Shown here piece after piece: positions 10,107-19,027 of a stretch of DNA of 64,000 nt. The stretch spans positions 320,001 to 384,000 of the forward strand of contig OY970280.1 of assembly GCA_963715865.1 (NCBI GenBank), read 5' to 3'. How positions within the stretch are numbered: position 1 is the first letter of the stretch; each line of letters begins with the position of its first letter. The translations under genes and the position numbers were made by a program. Under the pieces are notes generated by a model. The model worked only from the letters and a program-made list of their open reading frames with translations. It searched no databases and was not told where the DNA came from. The stretch is from Candidatus Bathyarchaeota archaeon (GTDB lineage: Archaea > Thermoproteota > Bathyarchaeia > Bathyarchaeales > Bathycorpusculaceae).

Positions 10107-11132
10107 TCAAGCCATAGTGCATGCAACAAAATGGCCTTTCTTGACCTCGATTAGTTCGGGTCTTTTTTCAGTGCATGCCGCCGTTGCTCGAGGGCATCTG
10201 GGATTGAAACGGCAGCCTGAAGGAGGCGTAATTGGACTTGGGACTTCTCCTCTCAAACGTGCTTTAATATTTTTTACTTTCGGGTCGGGTATGGGTACCG
10301 CTTCAATTAATGCTTGAGTATACGGATGAAGCGGATTATCGAATAACTCATCAGTGTCTGCTAACTCAACTATTTCTCCTAGGTACATAACGCCTACTCG
10401 CTGGCTAATCTGCCGTACAGAACTTAAATCATGAGATATGTACAAAAAGGATAGCCCTATTGTCCTCTGCAGGTCGCCCAGCAAATTGAGAATCTGTGCC
10501 CTAATTGAAACATCTAACGATGAAACAGGCTCATCAGCGACTATGAACTCAGGTTCGACTGCGAGGGCTCGAGCTATACAGATTCTCTGCCGCTGTCCAC
10601 CGCTGAATTCGTGCGGATATCTCTCAGCATGATATTCTTCCAGCCCTACGAGTTTTAGAAGTTCGTAAACTCGTTCACATCGTTTTTCTTTCGCAACATG
10701 TTTGTGGATGATAAGGGGTTCAGAGACAATGTCACTAATGGTCATTCTTGGATCAAGTGAACCGTAGGGGTTTTGGAAGATCATCTGCATTTTTCTTCTA
10801 AGCTTCAGCTTCTCCTCTTTATCGGCTGATTTGAACTTTTCAAATATATTTTCCCCATCAATAATAACTTCCCCTGAAGTAGGCTCAATCAAATTCAAGA
10901 TTAGCCTGGCAGTCGTTGTTTTTCCACATCCGCTTTCCCCAACCAATGCGAACGTTTCTTGCTTGTTAATGTCGAAACTAATGCCATCGACAGCGTGAAC
11001 TTGCCCAACTTGCTTTTTCGTCAACACCCCTGTTGAGTAAACGGGGAAGTACTTGACAAGGTTCTTAACCTGAATAAAACCAGAATCGAACACTTTTACT
11101 GGTTCTCTCCTTTCAGCATAAGGTTTCCCCAT
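10107..11132 (-). CDS. oppF: Oligopeptide ABC transporter ATP-binding subunit
   Basis: GESGCGKT, FSGGQRQR, ADEP, C-terminal PPSGCRFNPRC. Confidence 0.93.
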   Translation of the reverse strand: MGKPYAERREPVKVFDSGFIQVKNLVKYFPVYSTGVLTKKQVGQVHAVDGISFDINKQETFALVGESGCGKTTTARLILNLIEPTSGEVIIDGENIFEKFKSADKEEKLKLRRKMQMIFQNPYGSLDPRMTISDIVSEPLIIHKHVAKEKRCERVYELLKLVGLEEYHAERYPHEFSGGQRQRICIARALAVEPEFIVADEPVSSLDVSIRAQILNLLGDLQRTIGLSFLYISHDLSSVRQISQRVGVMYLGEIVELADTDELFDNPLHPYTQALIEAVPIPDPKVKNIKARLRGEVPSPITPPSGCRFNPRCPRATAACTEKRPELIEVKKGHFVACTMA

Positions 11133-12100
11133 TCATAACAGGCTACAAAATGTTCTGGCCCTACCTGTTCGAGGACAGGTGGTGCTTCTGAGCATCTCTC
11201 AGTTGCGTATTTACATCGTGGATGGAAGCGGCATCCTGAGGGAGGTTCAATTAAGTTTGGAATATTACCGGGAATTATGCTTAACGTTTTCCTCCTATCA
11301 AGCCTGGGAACAGCTGCAAGCAACAATGCAGTATAGGGGTGCCTAGGATGTTCATAAAGATCCTCAGTTTTTGCAATTTCACAGACGTTTCCTGCGTACA
11401 TTACAACCACTCTGGTTGTCATTTTAGCGATTATTCCCATATCATGAGTAATCATTACCAAGGACATCCCCATTTTCTTCTTCAAATCTTCGAGCAGGTC
11501 TAAAACTTGCGCTTGAATAGTCACGTCTAAAGCTGTGGTTGGCTCGTCTGCAAACAGAAGAGTTGGTTGAAGAGCTAAAGCCCGTGCAATTGCAACCCGC
11601 TGTTTCATGCCTCCACTGAATTGATGGGGGAACTCTCGCATCCTAATTTCAGGGTCAGGAATGCCTACTAAACTCATGAGTTCAACTATTTTTTCATGAG
11701 TTCCTTCTTTAGATACAGATTTGTGGGCTAACAATACGTCCCTAAGCTGTTTTTCAACATTGTACACAGGGTTTAAGGAGGAAGAAGGATCTTGAAATAT
11801 TATAGCTATCTCGCTACCACGGAGAGATTGCATTTGTTTTTCACTTTTCGTCAGCAAGTTTTCCCCTTTGAACTCGATTTTTCCTTCCACTATCCTTCCA
11901 GGTTTAGGAACAATCCGAAGCACTGAAAGCGCAGTAACAGTTTTCCCTGATCCTGATTCACCGACAAGGCCTAAAGACTCTCCTTTCCTAATGTCAAAGG
12001 ACATGCCGTCAACCGCTTTCACGATTCCAGCTTCAGTGAAAAAATACGTTTTTAATCCTTCAATCTTGAGCAGTGTTTCGGTCATTTCGTGTTTCTCCAT
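11096..12100 (-). CDS. oppD: Oligopeptide ABC transporter ATP-binding subunit
   Basis: GESGSGKT, FSGGMKQR, ADEPTTALDVTIQAQ. Confidence 0.93.
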   Translation of the reverse strand: MEKHEMTETLLKIEGLKTYFFTEAGIVKAVDGMSFDIRKGESLGLVGESGSGKTVTALSVLRIVPKPGRIVEGKIEFKGENLLTKSEKQMQSLRGSEIAIIFQDPSSSLNPVYNVEKQLRDVLLAHKSVSKEGTHEKIVELMSLVGIPDPEIRMREFPHQFSGGMKQRVAIARALALQPTLLFADEPTTALDVTIQAQVLDLLEDLKKKMGMSLVMITHDMGIIAKMTTRVVVMYAGNVCEIAKTEDLYEHPRHPYTALLLAAVPRLDRRKTLSIIPGNIPNLIEPPSGCRFHPRCKYATERCSEAPPVLEQVGPEHFVACYEWGNLMLKGENQ

Positions 12101-13056
12101 TAGTCTTTGAGCCTTGGGTTAAGGGCGTCCGATAGTCCGTCTCCTAAGAGGTTAAAGCCGAAAACGGTTATGAGAATCGCAATGCCAGGGTAAAGTTCAG
12201 CCCACCAAACTATTCTCATATCTGAGAAGTTGTTCTCAAGTATCTGTCCCCAAGTCATCGTGTTAACGTCTCCGAAGCCTAAGAAACTCACTCCGGCTTC
12301 CAGAAGAATTGCATACGCTATTGTGAGGCTTGCCACAACAATTATCGATGAAAGAATGTTTGGAAGTATGTGTCTGAAAATTATTCTTTTGTTGCTTGCG
12401 CCCAGTGCTTTTTCTGCCTCGACAAATTCAAGTTCTCTGACTCTCAGGAATTCGCCCCGTACCATCCTGGCGTCTCCCGGCCAGTTAAAGGCGGCTAAGA
12501 CTAAGATTACTATGGTCAAGCCGATTGGGATGCTGATTCCGAGAAAATTGAAGGATGTGCCGACGCCTGCGCCTAACGTAAATACTCTTACGAAAATCAA
12601 GATGAATAAGAGTGAGGGGAATACAAGAAATACCTCGGTTATTCTCATTAGAACGTTATCAATCCATGACCCGAAATACCCCGCGACGGCACCGACAACT
12701 ATCGCGATAGCCATCGTGATTGCAGTTACAACTACACCAACGTAAAGCGCGTACTTTGTTCCATGGAGAATGTCACTAAGAACATCTGTTCCCAAAACAT
12801 CTGTGCCCAAGAGATATTTAGAGTTTGGAGGAGTTCGAACTTCGCCGTTATAAAACGGTGTTAACGCATTTGGGTTGGGAAACGCTGGATAAGGCGCAAG
12901 AAAGTCTCCAAAAATTCCTACAAAAACCACAGCAAGCACAATGATTAGACCAACAACGCCTGCCTTGTTTCTTATAAATCTTCTCCATGCAACTGCCCAC
13001 TGACTTGCAGATCTTCGTTTTCGTCCCGCGTTTGATTTATTGTTTTCTTGATTCAT
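12100..13056 (-). CDS. oppC: Oligopeptide ABC transporter permease
   Basis: LLGTDVLGTD, EAA loop EFVEAEKALGA, HILPN; start set at ATG 13056. Confidence 0.92.
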   Translation of the reverse strand: MNQENNKSNAGRKRRSASQWAVAWRRFIRNKAGVVGLIIVLAVVFVGIFGDFLAPYPAFPNPNALTPFYNGEVRTPPNSKYLLGTDVLGTDVLSDILHGTKYALYVGVVVTAITMAIAIVVGAVAGYFGSWIDNVLMRITEVFLVFPSLLFILIFVRVFTLGAGVGTSFNFLGISIPIGLTIVILVLAAFNWPGDARMVRGEFLRVRELEFVEAEKALGASNKRIIFRHILPNILSSIIVVASLTIAYAILLEAGVSFLGFGDVNTMTWGQILENNFSDMRIVWWAELYPGIAILITVFGFNLLGDGLSDALNPRLKD

Positions 13057-13066
13057 AGAGTGACAT

Positions 13067-14032
13067 CTACCTAATCCTAACTCTAGGATCAATGTAAACG
13101 TAGAGAATGTCCATTATGAGATTTGCTATTAGCGCCATTACTGTGATTATCATTGTTATTCCCATAATTGTTGGAAAATCCAAGTTAAGAGTTGATGAAA
13201 CATATTGGCGTCCGAGACCTGGCCAACTGAAAACGTATTCAGTCATAGGAGCGCCGGCAATCATAGTCCCAAGTGCTATTGCAAGAAAAGTCAGCGCAGG
13301 CGTGATTGCGTTTCTAAGTGCGTACCCGTAGACCACTTTTCTTTCGCTGATGCCACTTGCTCTTGCGGCTAAAATGTAATCAGATCTCAGAGCTTCTAGC
13401 ATGTTTGCTCTGATTAGGCGGATGTTTTGAGCTAGTGAAACGTAAACAAGTACCGCCACTGGCAAAATTAGATGCGCAATTTGGTCAAGTACTGGGTTGC
13501 CCCACCACACGAATCCTGCTGCTCCTTGTGAACCTGCTGAGGGTAGCCAGCCAAGCGTGAATGAAAATACGATGATGAGGATGAGCCCAAACCAGAAAGT
13601 TGGCATTGAAACTCCGAAGAGTGAGAATGAAGTTACTGTAACATCTTGCTTCGAGTATGGTTTTCTCGCTGAGTTTACCGCAATCGGTATAGAAATTGCG
13701 AACGCGATTAATTGTGAAAATATTTGAAGTTCCATAGTTGGCCAAATCTTTGGTTCTATTATGAGATTAACAGGTTGTCCACCGTAAAGTGATTTGCCGA
13801 AATTCAACTGTAGAATGTTTGTTAGCCAGGTTAAATATTGAATTGGTATTGGCTTATTTAGTCCATAATACGTACTCAACGCATTGAGCGTCGCTGCATC
13901 TATGTTTGGCTTTCCAATTCTGATAAGATCAAGAGGGTTTCCGGCAGCATACATTGCTACGAAAGCTATAATCGAGATTCCCAATGCTACGGGAATCATA
14001 TAAAGGAGCCTCCTTACGATGTACCTGAGCAT
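13067..14032 (-). CDS. oppB: Oligopeptide ABC transporter permease
   Basis: MLRYIVRRL, EAA loop DYILAARASGI, EYVFSWPGLG; start set at ATG 14032. Confidence 0.92.
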   Translation of the reverse strand: MLRYIVRRLLYMIPVALGISIIAFVAMYAAGNPLDLIRIGKPNIDAATLNALSTYYGLNKPIPIQYLTWLTNILQLNFGKSLYGGQPVNLIIEPKIWPTMELQIFSQLIAFAISIPIAVNSARKPYSKQDVTVTSFSLFGVSMPTFWFGLILIIVFSFTLGWLPSAGSQGAAGFVWWGNPVLDQIAHLILPVAVLVYVSLAQNIRLIRANMLEALRSDYILAARASGISERKVVYGYALRNAITPALTFLAIALGTMIAGAPMTEYVFSWPGLGRQYVSSTLNLDFPTIMGITMIITVMALIANLIMDILYVYIDPRVRIR

Positions 14033-14247
14033 TGAGCTTCCAGCAAGAGCTCTCAGCTTCTTTAGCAAATCTGAAGCCTCGTTTTTAAATGCTTAGTCCC
14101 TATCGGCGTTGATTGTACTTAAGGTTTTTTGAATGATGCCCTTCATAGGAAAATTAGTTAGTATTTGCACAGGCGATGGTCTTTTTTCGGGGGTTATAGC
14201 AAATTTAATATACAAATAGTTATCAAAAATAGAGCCCAGGGAGAAAA

Positions 14248-16485
14248 ATGGGCATTAATACAAAAGTTTTGACAGTTTTTCTAATCTTGGCTTTTGCAGC
14301 TTCAATGATAGCACCTTTAACGGTAGTCAATGCGCAACACACATCATTGTTCAACGTAACCATAATTTCACCCGGCAATGCTAACCTTCTTAGACGTCAA
14401 TGGACGCAAGTCTTCGCAAGCAACTTACAACAGTTGGGTATCGATGCTAAAGTTGTTTATCTAGACTGGACGAGTTGTTACGACCGCGTTTTAACACCTG
14501 CCCCCTCCACCGTAGGCAAAACATATGATCAAAATGGATACGACATATTTGCTCTCGGATGGACTCCGGGAACAGTGCCCGAACCACGGCAAGTCTACTA
14601 CGGAGGAGACCAAGCGTTCTTTGCTCCTTCAGGACAAAACTATTATCTTTGGAACAATTCGCAATCCAACAGTCTGCTTGACCAATTCATAACCTCCACA
14701 AGCGATTCTGATAAAGCAAACTTGCTCGACCAGTGGCAACAGCTTTACTACGACGAAGTACCAGCATCACAAATAATGTATCAGGCGGCGCCCGCTGTCG
14801 TCAATCCAGCTATAGGCAACTTATACACGCCTGCAACAGGAGGAGGAGAAGGATGGCTTTACTTCAACGCACAGCCTTACCCACAATTGCTGACCCGCAG
14901 TGATGGCAAAACTTCGATAACTTACTGCTCCACCTCATCAATTGACGCTCTCAACCCTCCAGAATCCAACAGCTGGTATGATACAATCGTGTATGTGCCA
15001 ATTTTTGACGGCTTAGCTGAAGTATGGCCAACAATGAATGGTCTAAGCGACCTTGAGACTCCAGCTTTGCTGGCTTCTTGGAGCCATAGCACTGACGGCT
15101 TTACTTGGACATTCAACTGCAGACAAAACGCTACATGGCAAGACGGTCAGCCATTCACTGCTGACGATGTCGTTTACTCATTATGGGCTTTGATGAATTC
15201 AGAGACAGGTTCTCAATTCGTGGGCTACTATCAAAGCGTCTATGGAGACAACGTAAAGTTCACTTACTCAGACGGTAAATCTGTCACCCTAGGAAGCGGC
15301 AGTAGAACAGGCACCATAACTGCAACTGATAAGAATACAGTTACCGCGACTCTTCCAGCTGTAGCCAATGGAAAACCATACGGCGACTTCGAACCTTTCT
15401 TGCTGTCCCTCGCCAATAACATTATACCAAAACACATCTTTGAGAACATTGCTCCAGCAGACTGGTCTACTTCACCATTCAACACAGGCCAGGGATCAAT
15501 GACTATAAACGGCATTACCTACAACGGCCCGGTAGGCACTGGACCATACAAGTGGGTAAGCTATGACCCAACAGCTCAAGTTATACACCTTCAGAAATAT
15601 GACAACTATTGGAATGCGACTGGTTTGGAAAGCATGGGGCTGTTCCAGATAAAAGACTACTACATTCGGTTCATCGCTGACAAAACATCTGCCTTGGCGG
15701 CTTTAAAGAATGGCGAAGTTGATATGCTTGACTACAACTATCAAATGCAGACAGACATTCCATCAATTGACCCATCATGGGGCAGAGTTCTTAATTTGAA
15801 TGGTGTTGGCAGGCAAGAATTCGGGTACAACATGCAGCACCCAATCTTCGGCACTGGAGTTGACACTCCACTAGGGCAATCCGATCCTTCAAAAGCAGCA
15901 GAAGCAGCCAGAGATGTCCGTGTAGCATTTGACTATGCAATTCCACGACAGCTAATTATCAACAATCTGCTTTCTGGTTACGGAACACCCGGAGCAACAC
16001 CGATGTTACCTTCACAGCCGTACTACGACAGTTCGGTAACAGCAAGACCCTACGACCTTTCTCAAGCTAGGCATTACTTAGAATTAGCAGGTTATTCTCC
16101 GCCGACAAGTAATGGGGTTGGTACGGTAAACTTGCAAGGTACCTTCAATGATACGAGTGGAGCAGCAAAGCCAAACGCTACGGCGACATTAATGCAGACA
16201 ACTGACAACTCAACTTTCCCAAGCTCATTAGAGGCAGTGTCACATACGACAACAGACATAAACGGATTCTACAGTTTTACGGTCACTCCGACTGCTGGAA
16301 CATACTACTATTATCTTATGGATAACTCAACAGGCACACCACAATACACCTATCTTCAAAGCTATACTGTAGCGGCAGCTTCACCGTTTAACCTAACCGT
16401 AGTGTTGGCAATAGCAATTGCCGTGATAGTCGTAATTGTCGTTGTGGTTATCGTTGCGAGAAGACGACGCAAATCCAAAAAATGA
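14248..16485 (+). CDS. oppA: Peptide ABC transporter substrate-binding protein (family 5) with C-terminal TM anchor
   Basis: Signal peptide, WQDGQPFTADDVVYS, GTGPYK, C-terminal hydrophobic anchor plus RRRRK; divergent from oppBCDF. Confidence 0.9.
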   Translation: MGINTKVLTVFLILAFAASMIAPLTVVNAQHTSLFNVTIISPGNANLLRRQWTQVFASNLQQLGIDAKVVYLDWTSCYDRVLTPAPSTVGKTYDQNGYDIFALGWTPGTVPEPRQVYYGGDQAFFAPSGQNYYLWNNSQSNSLLDQFITSTSDSDKANLLDQWQQLYYDEVPASQIMYQAAPAVVNPAIGNLYTPATGGGEGWLYFNAQPYPQLLTRSDGKTSITYCSTSSIDALNPPESNSWYDTIVYVPIFDGLAEVWPTMNGLSDLETPALLASWSHSTDGFTWTFNCRQNATWQDGQPFTADDVVYSLWALMNSETGSQFVGYYQSVYGDNVKFTYSDGKSVTLGSGSRTGTITATDKNTVTATLPAVANGKPYGDFEPFLLSLANNIIPKHIFENIAPADWSTSPFNTGQGSMTINGITYNGPVGTGPYKWVSYDPTAQVIHLQKYDNYWNATGLESMGLFQIKDYYIRFIADKTSALAALKNGEVDMLDYNYQMQTDIPSIDPSWGRVLNLNGVGRQEFGYNMQHPIFGTGVDTPLGQSDPSKAAEAARDVRVAFDYAIPRQLIINNLLSGYGTPGATPMLPSQPYYDSSVTARPYDLSQARHYLELAGYSPPTSNGVGTVNLQGTFNDTSGAAKPNATATLMQTTDNSTFPSSLEAVSHTTTDINGFYSFTVTPTAGTYYYYLMDNSTGTPQYTYLQSYTVAAASPFNLTVVLAIAIAVIVVIVVVVIVARRRRKSKK

Positions 16486-16513
16486 TTAGTCTCTTCCTCT
16501 CTTCTTTTTTTAT

Positions 16514-16891
16514 TTAAGCCCCAAAAAATGATATTAGTATTGATTCAACGAACAAGATTACGGCCAAGATAATGTATTTGTTGGCTTTTCTCTCGCTTTT
16601 TCTGAGTTTTTCAATTGACCATTGCTCATCAGAAGACTTAAGAACGTATTCCTTGGTTTTACTGGACAAAACAGAACCCGAAAATGCAAGCGCGCCGCCC
16701 ACCAAGAAAGAAACACCCGTTTCTATCAATGTTATTTTGGAAAAATAGCCTGAAAAGGCAAGATTAGTCAAGGTAGAGCCTGAAAAAACCAAAATGGCAA
16801 ATAACAAGGCGTTAACGGTCCAAATAATCAGGTTTCCTTTTAGAACCCAAATCAACTGCCTCTGCCAAGATGAGTTTGTCATATTCTTCAA
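16514..16891 (-). CDS. Three-TM membrane protein (DUF3899-like)
   Basis: Same topology as 9641..10042. Confidence 0.65.
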   Translation of the reverse strand: MKNMTNSSWQRQLIWVLKGNLIIWTVNALLFAILVFSGSTLTNLAFSGYFSKITLIETGVSFLVGGALAFSGSVLSSKTKEYVLKSSDEQWSIEKLRKSERKANKYIILAVILFVESILISFFGA

Positions 16892-17075
16892 GTTTATAGT
16901 GACTCATTCCTTTATATTTCTCTCTAATTCGCGGACGCTTGTACCTAAATCCTCAGATTGCTGTTGCAATCACGCTTAATGGTCAAGTATGGTTCTCATG
17001 AGTTTTCTCAAAAATCCATTTTAAGCACACGTTAGGATTACCACAATATTCTCAACCAACAACTAGGCAAAAAAA

Positions 17076-17324
17076 TTAGGTGGTAACGAGTTTTTCCTCT
17101 TCTTTCTCCAGCACAACCAGAAAATCAAGCGGCGACTCCTCGGCGGATTGGGCAACATGCGTGCCAGCAAGGTTTTTCCTCATCGCAAGGCTCTCATTTG
17201 CCAGCAAAGCTCCAAATATCATGGCTCCCAAGCTTCCGAACATACAAATGTACCGAGTGAAAATGCCAAAAAGAGGTTGAGCTGTTTGGGACCAGCCAAA
17301 CAAGGCGAAAGCCAAAGCTGGCAC
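17076..17324 (-). CDS. Hypothetical small membrane protein
   Basis: Two hydrophobic segments and an acidic tail; start uncertain. Confidence 0.35.
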   Translation of the reverse strand: MPALAFALFGWSQTAQPLFGIFTRYICMFGSLGAMIFGALLANESLAMRKNLAGTHVAQSAEESPLDFLVVLEKEEEKLVTT

Positions 17325-17517
17325 ACCAATACTGCGGTTTGCTGAAGAACTTCTTGAATTTTGAGAAAAGATTCTTAATCCTGCACGGTACGCCCGCTAT
17401 AAACCCAAACATGAACTACTATATGTAATCCGCCTCAAAAAATAAGCATTGAACACAAAACAAGCCAAAAACGCAAATACTCAGTTAATAAATAAAAGAG
17501 AGATATTAGAGATGCTA

Positions 17518-18027
17518 TTAAGCGGAGACGGGGACAATATCTACCTCGTATACATGACTCGCCAACGATGCACCTATATCCCAAGTGACTGTGACCTTAT
17601 CGTTTTGGGCTGCAGGATTTCCTTGTGCAATGTACACGATGCCTTGGCTTGCGCCGTCTTGCTTGAGAGTAACCTTGTATGCTTGGGAATTATCGGTATT
17701 GGTGACGTTCACTGTCACACTGTACGTATAGTCCCCCTTAGTGATGACTGTATTAGCGGCAGAACCTCCTTCTGACGTCATCGCAACGGCAGACCCAATT
17801 GTGCTGCCCGCAGCGTCAGCAGTCGCAGTGGCGATTGAAGTACTGAAACCGTTAACACTTAAGTCCCCTGTAAGGGTGAAGACTTCACCATTGATAGTCG
17901 TTACGGAGCGTTGGCTGATTGGGCCAACAGCGAATGCTACCATTGCTCCTGTTAATCCTGCTAAGGCTATAACGATCAACATCAGATATGCTGGAACTTG
18001 TTTTCGTGAGAGACTCATCTTTTCCAA
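17518..18027 (-). CDS. Secreted beta-rich protein with signal peptide
   Basis: Basic N-terminus, hydrophobic core, AFA cleavage site, Thr/Ala/Val-rich mature part. Confidence 0.75.
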   Translation of the reverse strand: MEKMSLSRKQVPAYLMLIVIALAGLTGAMVAFAVGPISQRSVTTINGEVFTLTGDLSVNGFSTSIATATADAAGSTIGSAVAMTSEGGSAANTVITKGDYTYSVTVNVTNTDNSQAYKVTLKQDGASQGIVYIAQGNPAAQNDKVTVTWDIGASLASHVYEVDIVPVSA

Positions 18028-18176
18028 ACCTCGTTTCGCTGTATATGAAACGGATATAGATAAAGCGTTTATGAAATCACAATCTATATTTTAGAGTCAT
18101 TGCATTTTTTCGTCGTGCACACGAAAACTGAGGCTGAGGAACTTTTGCTGAAGAAAGCCTCACGTTTCAGGGAGAA

Positions 18177-18295
18177 TGGTGCAGGGGGTGGGATTTGAAC
18201 CCACGAACCTCTACAGGATAGGCTCCTGAAGCTATCGCACCGCTCTCTTGTGGGAGGGCAGTTCTACGCCTTTGACCATGCTCGGCGACCCCTGC
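18177..18295 (-). tRNA. tRNA-Leu(CAG) with a 31-nt non-canonical intron; CCA encoded
   Basis: GCAGGGG/CCCCTGC acceptor stem, GGTTCAAATCC T-arm, long variable arm; removing 18233-18263 restores TAGGC-TT-CAG-GA-GCCTA. Confidence 0.93.
18233..18263 (-). other. tRNA intron at position 29/30 (anticodon stem), relaxed bulge-helix-bulge
   Basis: Intron AACTGCCCTCCCACAAGAGAGCGGTGCGATA; ACTGC pairs with GCGGT; central helix has 3 of 4 pairs. Confidence 0.85.
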
Positions 18296-18438
18296 ACGGA
18301 AATATTGAATGTAGTTATTCAAAATGAGCCTTACAAATAAATACATACTGTCGTGCTTTTATAAAAGAGCAGCCAACCGACTCTTGAAAAGATAGTAGTT
18401 TTTAATTACCTCATCTGCTAAAGCGCTTATTTGATATT

Positions 18439-19005
18439 ATGAACCCAGCTAACAGTAGAAAGTCAAAAATTTTAGAACTTGCTCTTACTAACAGGGAAAT
18501 AGCTGCCGTTGTATTAGGTCAAGCCCTTTTGGATGAAGGCGGAATCGGCTCCCAGAGTATAACGATATTTTACACAAATAAAGGGGAAGCCGAACAGCTT
18601 TGGAAAATTGCCGATTCATTAGGATATGCAAATCCCTTAAGCACGAAAAAACACAGAAATCATTGCCAATATGGTTTTTCTATAAAAGCAGCTAAGCGAA
18701 GGGAGCTATATGAGCAAATAGGTCCATTGCCAAATCCGAGAAAAGACAAAATATTTTTGCACTTGGCTAGTAGAGGAGGAAAAACTGTGAGGGCAGAAGG
18801 AGAAACAAGAGGGTTAATTCTTCAATCGCTTAAATTGAACCCTAAAACGGTTCTCGACTTAATGCTTGAGTTAGATACGAATGCCTCAACAATGAGAAAA
18901 CACCTAAAAAAACTCCAAAATGAAGGACTTGTGCGAATAATTGGTAAGGATTATGATGCACTTCAGAAAAGCCTTAGAACAGCGAATTTATGGAAAGCTA
19001 TCTGA
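18439..19005 (+). CDS. Single-domain LAGLIDADG-like protein fused to a C-terminal wHTH
   Basis: VLGQALLDEG motif followed by an alpha-beta pattern ending LYEQIGPLPNPRK; C-terminal TVLDLMLELDTNASTMRKHLKKLQNEGLV. Confidence 0.6.
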   Translation: MNPANSRKSKILELALTNREIAAVVLGQALLDEGGIGSQSITIFYTNKGEAEQLWKIADSLGYANPLSTKKHRNHCQYGFSIKAAKRRELYEQIGPLPNPRKDKIFLHLASRGGKTVRAEGETRGLILQSLKLNPKTVLDLMLELDTNASTMRKHLKKLQNEGLVRIIGKDYDALQKSLRTANLWKAI

Positions 19006-19027
19006 AAACAATTTCTAAGAGGAATAA

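Noticed and set aside
14171-14200. GGCGATGG resembling the start of a fluoride riboswitch
   Set aside because: The complementary stem and downstream pseudoknot elements are absent.
17194-17412. 72-aa alternative ORF
   Set aside because: Overlaps 17076..17324 in another frame; neither has decisive support and this one has no TM or motif pattern.
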